Shown here piece after piece: positions 35,539 to 46,332 of a stretch of DNA of 64,000 nt (position 1 is its first letter; each line of letters opens with the position of its first letter). A program made the translations under genes and the position numbers. A model generated the notes under the pieces. That model did no database searches, was not told the origin of the DNA, and worked only from the letters and a program-made list of their open reading frames with translations. Origin of the DNA: Toensbergia leucococca (taxonomy: Eukaryota); assembly GCA_022813965.1 (NCBI GenBank), contig JALDZS010000045.1, positions 1 through 64,000 on the forward strand, in the 5' to 3' direction.

Positions 35539-37162
35539 GATATCGAAATACGCTCTTCAAGAACTGAGATCCATCACCCATCAAGAGATCGTGCTACTTC
35601 AAACTGATGATGTAAGAGATGGCGATTAGTGATCTTGTATACGTCTTACTGACTGTATGTCCAGCACCAAAAAAAAGAAAATTGCCGGAGGGAACCGCAG
35701 ACTCGACACTCATAGCTCCCGAGCTTTACACATTCCTTTGGAGGGACTCTTTGTCAAAGTAGCTTTTATCTAAGCCTGCATTCCTTATTAGTCGACAGAG
35801 GTTATCGCCAAACTGAGATTACTGACTCCTGTGTTATTTGCAACCTTGCTGGGGGTTTAGCTTTGGAATAGCTTCCATCCACATAGACACAGCTTAGAAG
35901 TACCGTTAAGGTTCTTAAGTAAGTCTATTACTTGTATAGGTATATTATCAACCAATCGGTGAGAAATGCACAACCTGCGTCGTTATTCATCAAGTACCCT
36001 GGATACCAGCCCATTTAATATTCATTTGAATGGTTTTAGATGCCAGATTGGGTTATTGAAAACGATGAGAAAGTGAACGGTCGACTTTCGAATTAAAGGC
36101 AACAGTCATGAGAGTCCCTCAAATCGATTCAAACATGCATCGTCCTTTATACCCTTCGAGCGTGATGACGAAAGGATTAGAGAAATAAGCGAAGTAGAGT
36201 GGCAGGAGGAAGACTCGCTCTTCAGAAACATTGGAGTCCTTTATCAAAGCAAGTGCTCATGCTGCCCTTTCCTCCTTGAGTCCCTTGCCATAAAACTTCA
36301 ACTCTATAAACATACGGACTATCATACCTTGAGACCCTGACGATGCCAAAGGTGCCTGAAAATGTTCCCATCCTCGCAAAAGTAACAAATGCACTGGTGT
36401 CCGGTAGGGTATTGCGAACTAAGATAATCTTGGACTCTGCAAATGAGGCCACTCCAGTTTTTCCAGTGGCGAGAAAGTGCACTCAAGCGAAAGACATTCA
36501 GGATTAAGCAGACATTGATTCAGCCTAGCTATCTCTCGCTTGACTTGAATTTATCACATAGCAAGGATACACGCATCTAAAAGCTAAAAGCTGTTTCTCG
36601 TAATGAATTTGTTGAGATGAGGACTGGGGTGAAGTATTCAGAGCATAAGGTAAGGTAGGTAGGTGGCACTGGTAGGCGAGGTTGCGATTAAGGACACCGG
36701 ATACGCTTAGCCACAAAAGGCTAGAGTATTCTAAGACGTCGATGCGGACAAAGTTGACGACACGCCGTGACGCCCTTTCCCCTTTCATCTTTCATCTGTG
36801 AACCACACAAAATAACCAACTATCTGACTATTGCTTGCTGTCAAATAACAGTCTCAAGTCTGGTGTACCGAGGTTATTCTTATTACCAAAACGCCTGTCA
36901 CCTCACTAATGTTTCGCGCAAGCCGCAAGAGTCCAATCATGCGCACGCATATTTCCCCAGTGACTGTCTCCAAGTTCCAAAAAGAGGCCTCAGAGCTTTA
37001 TTCGAAACACCAGTCTCAAGCATGACCTTCCTAATCAACCTTTTTTCCTCCGTGTATGGCTGTGCCCTTGTCTTTGTAGTGGTAAGCTGTCTTATATAGA
37101 CATGGATCGCTTTCTTCTTCGCATGATGAAGGTTTTTTCTGTTATCCCATCTAAGACCGGCC

Positions 37163-38223
37163 ATGGCTTTACATACAGCGCCATATCATATCGCTGTAGC
37201 TCTGGTGGTCATGATTTTCTGGAGTAAAAGCTACACTTTTGCCTTCATACTCCCTGCGTTATCCGACTTGAAGATCTTGGAAAACCGAGTGGTTGAGCCC
37301 AGCGCCATCGGTATATTGTAGGCTTTCACCTTCCTCTGTCTGGCCTTCCTCCTCCCTTCATATCCAATGAGAATCCTTTCAACCCGAATAACATTGAAAG
37401 TATTACAAGAATACTGATGACTACCAACAGCCCCTCCAATATCTTCGCCTTCAACATCACCCATCCCGACGGCACTGACGCTTCACACAAAGTGAAAGTC
37501 AGACACCAGCATCACCAGTTTTCCGCCTCCGAAGATACAACGCTCGAAAAACGAGATCTCCGTGCCCAGGACCAATGCACCACTCTATCTATAACCACCT
37601 TCATAAGGTCCAAATGCGACCGAATCACTGATCTTAGAAGCTTCTCCATAAGATGCGAAGGGCAGACTACCTGGAACGGGGTTACTGGTTGGAATACACC
37701 TTCAACGACCGAATGGGACCAGTGCGGGGAGAATGAGATTTGCGTAGACACCAAGCAGACTCGCCACGTGCTGTTAGAAGCGGCACAGTCCATGAACCAA
37801 GAAATCGACGTAGCCTATTGCGTTGACACAACCACTATTGGTAATATGATTCAGGCCCAAGTGGTTGCGCATCAGGAATTAGTTGGGAATGGCGACCTTG
37901 TGGCGCCGTACGAGCCACCCGTACCTAACCCTGACATTGCGCCGGCTGCTGGCGGCGTCACGGTGGAAGCGGTATTAGGAAAAGAGGATAATGAGACGAG
38001 TTTATTTGCCCAAAGTTTGACTATCACTGCTCAGGCTTCGAAGACGCTCTTCAACACGCAGACGTGGGGTACGGTGATTAATGGAGAGGCTGACTGCACT
38101 CATTGTGCAAGCGTGCAGTTGGATCACCTTTCACAACTCACGCAGAGGGTCCTGGTTCATGTGGTACTCGATACTGCTACCACGGCAGGGTTCTTGTACC
38201 TGGCTACCGTGTCTTGGACATGA
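37163..38223 (+). CDS. Secreted Cys-containing protein with probable Kex2-cleaved pro-region
   Basis: Exon 1 MALHTAPYHIAVALVVMIFWSKSYTFA (signal-like). Probable intron 37318-37430 joins it to the 268-aa ORF. TLEKR/DLRA dibasic site precedes a 6-Cys domain (...CGENEICVD...VAYCV). Confidence 0.65.
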
Positions 38224-38999
38224 TGAATGCTTTATTCGAATCAAGGCACGTTGTGTATCACAAACCGTTGGAATGAGCTTGTCTGTGTTGCTTCCTCTCA
38301 CCGTCAACCAGATAGCCAGATCCTTAGGACCAGCATAATATTGTCTATGCAGCTCGGACGCAACACAACTTCTCGACTCCGTTCCACTGCCCGCCTAGCG
38401 CAACCGATTTTTCATTTAGCCATCGAGTCTCTAATCACGAGGCACAACAAGATAGACTCACCGTTTTCAGCATATTTAGTCTGAGCGGGGGGATGGAAGC
38501 TTTTGAGAAAGTTCAAGGAGGGTTGTGAAAGAGAGCAGGCATGGCAATAATTTAATTGGTCTCTAACACTTGTGATACTTTAGTGCAGAGTGACAGAATT
38601 GTAATGAAGTAAAAATCATTTACCACCGCTTCTGACCAGTTTGAACAGGTAATGGGATATCCATAGATTCTGTACCGAGTACGCATAATCAATATCAGTT
38701 CTGTATTTTATGGTGAATTAACATAGATGGCAGGACCAAAATCAACTGCGGAAACCTTGATTTGTGAAAAATCAAACCGCGGGAATTCTCTACTCTATCA
38801 ATGATGTATGATCTGATTTGACTGTTCAAGCTGAGCTGAGCTGACTGTGTATGGATGCTTGAGTCCCCTTACCTACCTCTGTTTCATGCCCTGATTTTCA
38901 TGCTTTGATTTCATACCTACCTGATTTTCAAACCCTGCATGCTAAGGAGCTATGATGCATGGGGAAAGGTGATGATTTCACATAATATGAGTGTTTGAT

Positions 39000-39720
39000 G
39001 AGTCTATCTACGTAATTTCTGAGTGTAGAAATGATGTTAGGATCTTTTGATTTTAGGGTAGATAGCAGAGATAGTGTAGAGATTAATGTGATGAGCATTC
39101 TTATATGTGTGATTGTAGATAAGACTCTTTTTTTGAGTAGTGTGAGGATGTTTTTGTGTATTACTTGTGTAAGTTTTAGTGTGTTTGTGTTTTTATGTTT
39201 TATTTTATCAATGTGTGTTATTTACATCTAAACAGATTTATCTAATGATTTATTTTGTATGTGATATTATTCACTTTTTTTTTTCTATGTGTAATTGTTT
39301 ATAAGCAGATGACTGTTTATAATCAGATAGATGTGAAAATATAAGATGTGTAAATTGAAAATAGAATTACGAAGATACAGTAGAGTTATCTATGTGTTAT
39401 AGTTTATAAGCATAAGATATAAAATTGAGTATATGATTGAGCATAAAATTAAGAAGATAGAAGAGAATTGTATGTAAGATCATCACATTTTTCGATACAT
39501 CATAGTGCACAAGCATGAGTTTATTAAAATCAGGTATAAAAAGTAAAGTAGAATGTGTTTACATTAATCTATTATATTAACAACAGTCTTTATTTCATCA
39601 AGCACTTTTGTAAGATAGATCTTGTTAAACTCAACTTTTGAAACAAATATTAAGTTAAGACACTTAAATCGGTTAACTTGATTAAAAAAGCACAGAGATG
39701 AATAGAGAAGGGTGACTGTG
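39000..39720. repeat. AT-rich degenerate block, probably a RIP-decayed repeat remnant
   Basis: Strongly AT-rich, TpA-rich, C-poor, with stops in all frames and sharp contrast to the flanking genes. Element type not identifiable. Confidence 0.5.
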
Positions 39721-39972
39721 AAAGATACCCTCTCAGAATTGAATCAAGAATAAGAGAGCAGCGCTGCAGATATAACAAAAGAGCAGTCAGAATTTGAGCT
39801 GAGCAATTTTGACAATGCGCTTAAACTGACTCGCCACACCAATATAAAAACCAGAAACCTCTCTCTCATTCGCAGAGCGCCCTTCCCGATTTTCGTCGCA
39901 CAACAGTAATTTGAGCAATGCTTCAATCTCCTCGTCTCCGGTACCGTGAATGAGTGAAATGAATGATGTATC

Positions 39973-40889
39973 TTAGCAAGAAGGCAGTTGGCAATTCGCA
40001 GCTGCAGGAAAACCACAAACGTCCTTATCCGTATTCCACTGCAGACTATTAGGACAAAGCATGCTATATGGGCGCCCGTTGCTGCATTGGCAGAATTGGC
40101 CGCAGCCAAAAGGGTGTGGATAGTTCTAAACGCCAGGCTCGCAGGTCACGGTACAAGGGCTGTCCATGTTGTCAGCATCAGGATCAGGCTGAGGACAGAA
40201 CAGGGAGGAAGCATCTTGAGCGTGAACTGAGATTGAAAGGGGTGTGCTACTCTGAACCATGAGGCCTGAGCTGCTCTCCTCATCTTTAGTGTTGCGAGTT
40301 GCTGAAATTGAAGATGGATCTCCGCAAGATGGCAATTGACAATGCGCAGCTGCAGGATAGTCACACACTATCAAATCCGTATTCCAGTGCAAACCACTAG
40401 GACAAAACATGTTGTAAGGGCGCCCGTTGCTGCATTGGCAGTATCGGCCGCAGTCAAGAGGGTGCGGATAGTACTGAACGCCAGGCTCGCAGGTCACAGT
40501 ACAAGGGTCATCCTTGTTGTCAGCATCAGGATTAGGCCGAGGACAGTACACGACGGGATCGTCTTGGACGTGGACTGGGATTGGAATGGACGTGGTGATT
40601 TGGATGGTGAGGACTGGGCTGTTTTCCTCGTCATTGGTGGGATATCGGGGCGATTCCAGGCAGATGATGAGATTTTCGTTACTGTGGGGATGTCAATGCT
40701 TGCTTTTTTACAATTCTTTAATCAGAGTAGACGCGGTACGGACCAAGAAGTGAGGGTGCTCGTATCGCTTGAACGAACACATAGATCGAACTCTTTCAAG
40801 CAGGATTCCTCATTCCCACGGATTTCTGGCGACGGGAGGCTTGTCGCTGTCCTACTGGCAAGGGTGGCGAGGAGTAAAACACGCTTCAT
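39973..40889 (-). CDS. Secreted chitin-binding protein with tandem CBM14 (peritrophin-A) modules; second module cut by a premature stop at 40128-40126
   Basis: MKRVLLLATLASRTATS signal, intron 40743-40682. Module 1 YPHPLDCGRYCQCSNGRPYNMFCPSGLHWNTDLIVCDYP. Module 2 continues in frame after TAG as NYPHPFGCGQFCQCSNGRPYSMLCPNSLQWNTDKDVCGFP...LPSC*. Confidence 0.85.
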
Positions 40890-41993
40890 TTGATACATGG
40901 TCGACGATAGGTAAGTCTTTGATTGATCTTCTTGCTGTTATGCGAGAAAGAAAAAACAATGAGAAGCGCAATACTCGATAAATTCGACGGTCATAGGACT
41001 TTTATGGTCCAAACGGTAATCTCCGCCTCGACGGCAACAATGCGTTACTGTATGTATATATACAACTTATGATAAGACAGAGATCTCGGCATGGAGACCT
41101 TTCCCTCTAGATAGATGTCTGCCTGGGGTGTGATTAGTGTCTTTCTCGTTCACTTAAGCCGTGATCAAAATGCCTAGGTCGCATTAGCTCTCAGTCTTGC
41201 GTTAGTAGTACTATTGTAACCAGGTTCAATAGAGGGATCTCGGCTCGGACATCTTCGGCGCTGTATTTATAGACTCGTTTCTGTTGAAACTCTTTCGTCG
41301 ATCATAAAATAAGCCATAATTCGCCGGATAGTCGATGAAAAGTCGATCCACTCAACCGAACCAGGGCCGCTTTTCGAATGTGGCCCTTATCTGCGCCCTG
41401 CATGTGTCGACACTCTCGCAGCCTTGTCCCAGCGAGCCTCTTCTCAATACAAAGACTCAAATCTGTCAGTCATGAAGAAGGTGACTCTTGAGGTGTGAAA
41501 GTAATAGTATCCTCGCAGTCTATACAATTTCGAACCAAGCCCCTGAAAGCCTTATTGCCATGCACATAGGTAGAATGTTTCTCACGCATATACTCAGAAT
41601 GAAGTCTTAATTTGAGCCTCCATGAGCTTCTTGTCGACAAAAATTGACTTCTTCCCCTAGCTTCACCCATTCTGAGCTACTTTTGACACACACTCGAGAA
41701 TCAAAAGCCTCTAGATAGTCTAATGTCTTGAAAATCATCACATTGACTGCTTTACTTATGCTCTTCGTGTTTTCAAGTCCGTCTCGTTTTGGATTTCGAA
41801 ATCAGTTGGTGAAGTGTAATCTTCGATACGTATCATTACATTAGCAGATTTTATATCCATCGAACCCTGCAATGTATTGGAAAGCCATTGCGGACTGTAC
41901 CCGCGAATCCGGCCGCTCAATTGGATCTCTTCAGTCCGTACATGAATTCTACCGGAAACTTGGATCCTTGTCAACGGCCACTCTAATTCCCCC

Positions 41994-43768
41994 TCAACCC
42001 ATGTTAGCTGTATATTTCCCTCGTGCTCGAATTCGTGCCCCGTAGACATAGAACACAAATGGAATAGGTATCAGGGCAACAGCAACGAACGCGAAAATAC
42101 TCGAGGCCCACGGTATGCCCAGCGCGTGATATTGAGGGTCGACAAATAGGGGAAAGGCGCACGCGAATATGCTGCGGAGAAATGTGTTCGCGGCAATTGC
42201 GCTGGCTCCGTATCTTTGAAAGGTATCGATGAGATAGTTCAGCGCACTTTGGAAAATGGTGAAAAATCCAAATCCCATGAGCGTGGCACCAATACAAGGT
42301 GCTATCCACGGTATGTTTCGGCTAGATGTCCATCCAAAGATAAAAAGGCCACCGGCAAAAAAGACTGACCCTACCATCATGGGAGGGAGTCGAGCTTCTG
42401 GAACAGCCTTGTTTCCGTTGGCGACATATTGACGGTTATAGAAATTTTGGTTGAGGACGTTTGCAGCTCCGCCAAGGAGAATGCCAATCAGCAAAGCTAT
42501 AAAGGGGAGTGCTCCAACGAGAAGATTCCATCCTCGTTCCTCCTGGAACTCGATCGGAAAAGCGGCCAAGTTGCCGTACAAGATTCCGTAGACGAATGAA
42601 GCGTATAATGCTACGAAGAAGCACTAAACGAAAGTCAGCCCCCATCGTGAATATGGTGAGAAGAATAACCTACTATCGGAGTTGCAAAGGGGTTAAGCAT
42701 CTGGAATGGTCTAATGCCAAACTTTTCAACCATCTCTTTTAAGGAAACGTCCCATTCCTCGAACTTTGCATGTAAGGCCCAATTACCCGTTTGGACTCGA
42801 AGTCTTCTGGCTTTGTATACTAGGAGCACAGGAGCATAACTTTCATCAAGAATGATAATATCCAAGAGGAGCATGAACATCATATAGATACCAGTAATCT
42901 ACAATGTATCAGTAGTCGTTCCAATTCACAGCGGGTATCTTGATGACTAGCTTACATATTGCGTCCATCTCCATCCCAAATAACTTTGAACAATAGCCCC
43001 GCCGATAATCGGACCCAAGACAGGTCCTCCAACTACTGCAAAGGCATAGCCAACTATAGCTGTGCCACGCTGGGTTGGGTGCCAGATATCACCAAGTACG
43101 CCCCCTGTATTGGTGACTGGAGCACTGCCAAAGAAACCGGAAAAGAAACGAGTTATGAGTATGGTCTGTAAGTCTTTTGCTGTTGCTGTGCCGAAAGCAA
43201 AGCAAGCGGCGATGAAGTAAGGTATTAGAACTGCGTACTTTCGACCATAGACCTCAGAAAGAGGGGCCCATACTAAAGGACCAAGGCCAAAGCCGACGAG
43301 CAAAAGACTCAATCCTAAAAGCGATACCTCTGTGCCGACATGGAATTCTTGGGATATCTGATCGACAGCTGGGGAGTATATGCTGCTTGCCATGGTGGCT
43401 CCCATTGTAGTGAATCCATACAAGATGGTAGTTATCACTTTCTTCCTAAAGGGCCAATTGATAGATCGGTAAGGATCATGCTCTCCTTCAAAGTCGACAA
43501 GTTGATCGACAGTGGTTTTGACGTGGGACAGAGGATGCGAGAAGGTGGCGTCACGAGTACTCCTTCTGGTGAGACTTTGGACACGAGAGATGCGACCTGA
43601 GTTGCTTCCAGTGGTATTCCCAACTGTTTCCTTTTCTGTCTCAGCCTTTTCGAGGTCTCTTACAGCGTCGTTGTTGGGATGTGGAATTGAGGTCGTGTAT
43701 TCGGTGGAAAAGATACTTGAGCTATTAGAAGTATGACCTAAAGAGTTTGGACTTCTCGGTTCCGCCAT
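41994..43768 (-). CDS. MFS drug:H+ antiporter (DHA1 family)
   Basis: WPFRKK, GLGPLVWAPLSEVYGRK, RFFSGFFGSAPVTNTGG, LGWRWT, ESYAPVLL, PEARLPPMM, YLIDTF...ASAIAANTFLRS. Two introns. Confidence 0.95.
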
Positions 43769-44842
43769 TATGGAAATACTCTTGAAGGTGAGGAGAGGGT
43801 GTCTATCCGATAGTCAGACAGAAAGTTTAGCAGAATCTCAAAGATGTAAAACTTACTAAAGCTGAAGAGTTGATGTCTTCACGTTGGCGAGGTGCATTTT
43901 ACATCAACAGCAGAGCTTTGAAAAGTAGGTCGGAAGGCTCAACCGACGGATGAAGGTAGCATTTCGGAGACCGTGACGATGACACAGCCATGATTTCAAC
44001 GATAGCGGTCAAGTGATAAGTACCTATGATTAGTGGCCAACAAGTGCAGTACCTACCTAACAGTGATCATATCGGCGGACATACGGGGTCCGTATGGTGG
44101 TAGATACTTTGCAATGACGTGCTCCGAAAGAATGGCCACAATCCAAATTCAAAAAGCTACGGATAAGGTACGGATACCTCGGTACTTACCTTGTTCTAGC
44201 ATACGATGTACCTCGACTCACAGTATACTTCATCCCAAACCTCGTAAGGTCTAGCACGGTATTCTGAGTCATCGATTTTATTCGATTTGCTTCCAAGGAT
44301 TTGAAGTCGACGCCTTTCTCAAAGATTCTCCGACGTCTTCTCGCCCTGCACAAGAGCGAAGAGATCGACGTGGCCTACATCGATCCAGACCTGATTTCAA
44401 GAGCCTAGTGAAAATGACCCAACAACAGATTCATTCAAGTCCGACAACCTCTATTCTCTCATTGGCTGAACATGGTGAAGACGTTCCGTGGACGGATAAA
44501 CCAAGCTACCATTTCATTCCTTTACGCGTCACTTCCAGGTAGCCTAAGAGGCACACCTGTGGCTGTCCATGAATCTCATTATGTCAGCGTGGCTTGCTTC
44601 GAGTGGCTTCCTGCTGCTTCTCGACATGCTTGCGTATGCCTGTGGTGGGGTGCATACGTACTTCGTGTTGCCTCGGGAGTGAAGTATATAGACGCTGAAC
44701 ATCTTGTGATATTCCTCGACTCATACATCTCTTAAATTTCTCTCCATCTCGAATTAAATCACTCTCATCGTCAACAGACATTACACTCTTCGACTAAACA
44801 ATATCAACAAATACCCACTTGATCACCAATACTACCTCAATC

Positions 44843-45736
44843 ATGTCACCATCAATCCGCTATTATAATCAGACAGCTCCCTTCTGGGATTTTGTTGCCA
44901 ACCTTGAATCCACCGCCGGAGACCATCCTTTTTTCAACGCTTATGGCCCTCGCACTCGTGAGGCTGATCAAACCGACCACCAAGGTCCACCCGGTGGCGA
45001 AGGCCCTCCTCCTCCCCCCGAGCCCCATCATCCTGGTAGTCCTCCTCCTCCACCAGAGCCCCATCATCCCAGTGGTCCTCCTCCACCACCGGGCCATCAC
45101 CATTCAGGTGGTTCTCCTCATCGCCATGATCATTCAGGTGGCTCCCCTCACCGCCGCGAAGGCCCCCCAGGCTGTGGATGGGGTCGTCATAATCGTGGCG
45201 GACCTTGGCGTGGAGGCTTTGGTGGACCAGGCCACCGCGGTCGTGGCGGCTTTCCTTTCGGAGGCCCGGCGTCCTTCGACATGAACTCAGTTGCACAATT
45301 TCTATCCTCTCAATTTGGGATTGATCCTTCGAATCTTAGTGGCGAGTCCAAAGAGAACAAGAAAGACGGCGCAGCCTCCAAGGACTTTACACCCCCATGT
45401 GACGTTTTCGATACCGAAGATGCCTATATCATCCACCTCTCTTTGCCCGGTGCCCGCAAGGAGGACGTTGGTGTGAATTGGGATGCTGACAAGTCGGAGC
45501 TTAGTGTTGGTGGAGTTATTTATCGTCCAGGCGATGAAGATTTCTTGAAGACTTTGGCGATGGACGAAAGAGAGATTGGAGTTTTCGAGAAGAAGATTAG
45601 ACTTGGAAGCCGAGCCAGTCCAGCAAACGTGGAGATCGATTCCATTGCCGCAAAGATGGAAGATGGAGTATTAATGGTGACGGTACCAAAGGTCGATAGA
45701 GAGTATGTGGAGATCAAGAAGGTGGACATTGAGTGA
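44843..45736 (+). CDS. Small heat-shock protein (Hsp20/alpha-crystallin) with long low-complexity N-terminal arm
   Basis: C-terminal FTPPCDVFDTEDAYIIHLSLPGARKEDV...ERE.G.FEKKIRL...IAAKMEDGVLMVTVPK...KKVDIE. Confidence 0.92.
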   Translation: MSPSIRYYNQTAPFWDFVANLESTAGDHPFFNAYGPRTREADQTDHQGPPGGEGPPPPPEPHHPGSPPPPPEPHHPSGPPPPPGHHHSGGSPHRHDHSGGSPHRREGPPGCGWGRHNRGGPWRGGFGGPGHRGRGGFPFGGPASFDMNSVAQFLSSQFGIDPSNLSGESKENKKDGAASKDFTPPCDVFDTEDAYIIHLSLPGARKEDVGVNWDADKSELSVGGVIYRPGDEDFLKTLAMDEREIGVFEKKIRLGSRASPANVEIDSIAAKMEDGVLMVTVPKVDREYVEIKKVDIE

Positions 45737-46332
45737 TTGATCTTGGGAAGTGATAAAGCGGTTTGGTCGAGCGTGTCTGTCATCCTAGGCGTCTAGGCTG
45801 TTGTTTTTGGGATAGTCTGATCTACGAATGGAGTGGGTACTTGAAACTGTGCAAATATTCCGAGTTAAGAAATATACATATTAGCCTCAGAAAATCTTCA
45901 GTATCTTAGAACAATCCAAGCGCCTCAACATGAAGCATTCATTGATTGTAACATAGAGATGCCCTCCCTCTAAATCGTCTTCGTCTTTCTTTAAATTGCT
46001 GCATGTCCACCACACCGACGTGAGACCATAGATAAAGTCCGTAACCCATGTAATCCTGTGGCGTACACAAGCCACATGTCGAACCGCTAAACTCCAAAAC
46101 ATGAGGTACTCCGTACTTAGAGTATTCTACCTCGAGGCCTCCGACACTTTCATCCTTTCACAACTAGGTAAGACCCATCTGGTAATCTAAATGCTCTTGT
46201 GGAATCTCAATGCAACTAAATACGCCTGCCTTTGCACTGACTGGGTCGCTTGGAAAGGTGGATGCACCTCCGCCAGAGTTCATCTTACTGGTCCCAAGCC
46301 CAATCCCCTGAAAGTACGGCAGAGAGCTTCTC

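Noticed and set aside
5759..38844. (CTCAG)3 at ~5760 and its reverse complement (GCTGA)3 at ~38830 as termini of a 33-kb element
   Set aside because: Only a short microsatellite match, flanks do not align, and core genes lie between.
40126..40128. Premature TAG restored by A-to-I editing (TAG to TGG)
   Set aside because: The homologous codon in the first repeat is CAG (Gln), not TGG, so simple mutation is more parsimonious.
13200..41900. Starship or other giant transposon
   Set aside because: No tyrosine recombinase (DUF3435 captain) ORF and no convincing boundary direct repeats seen.
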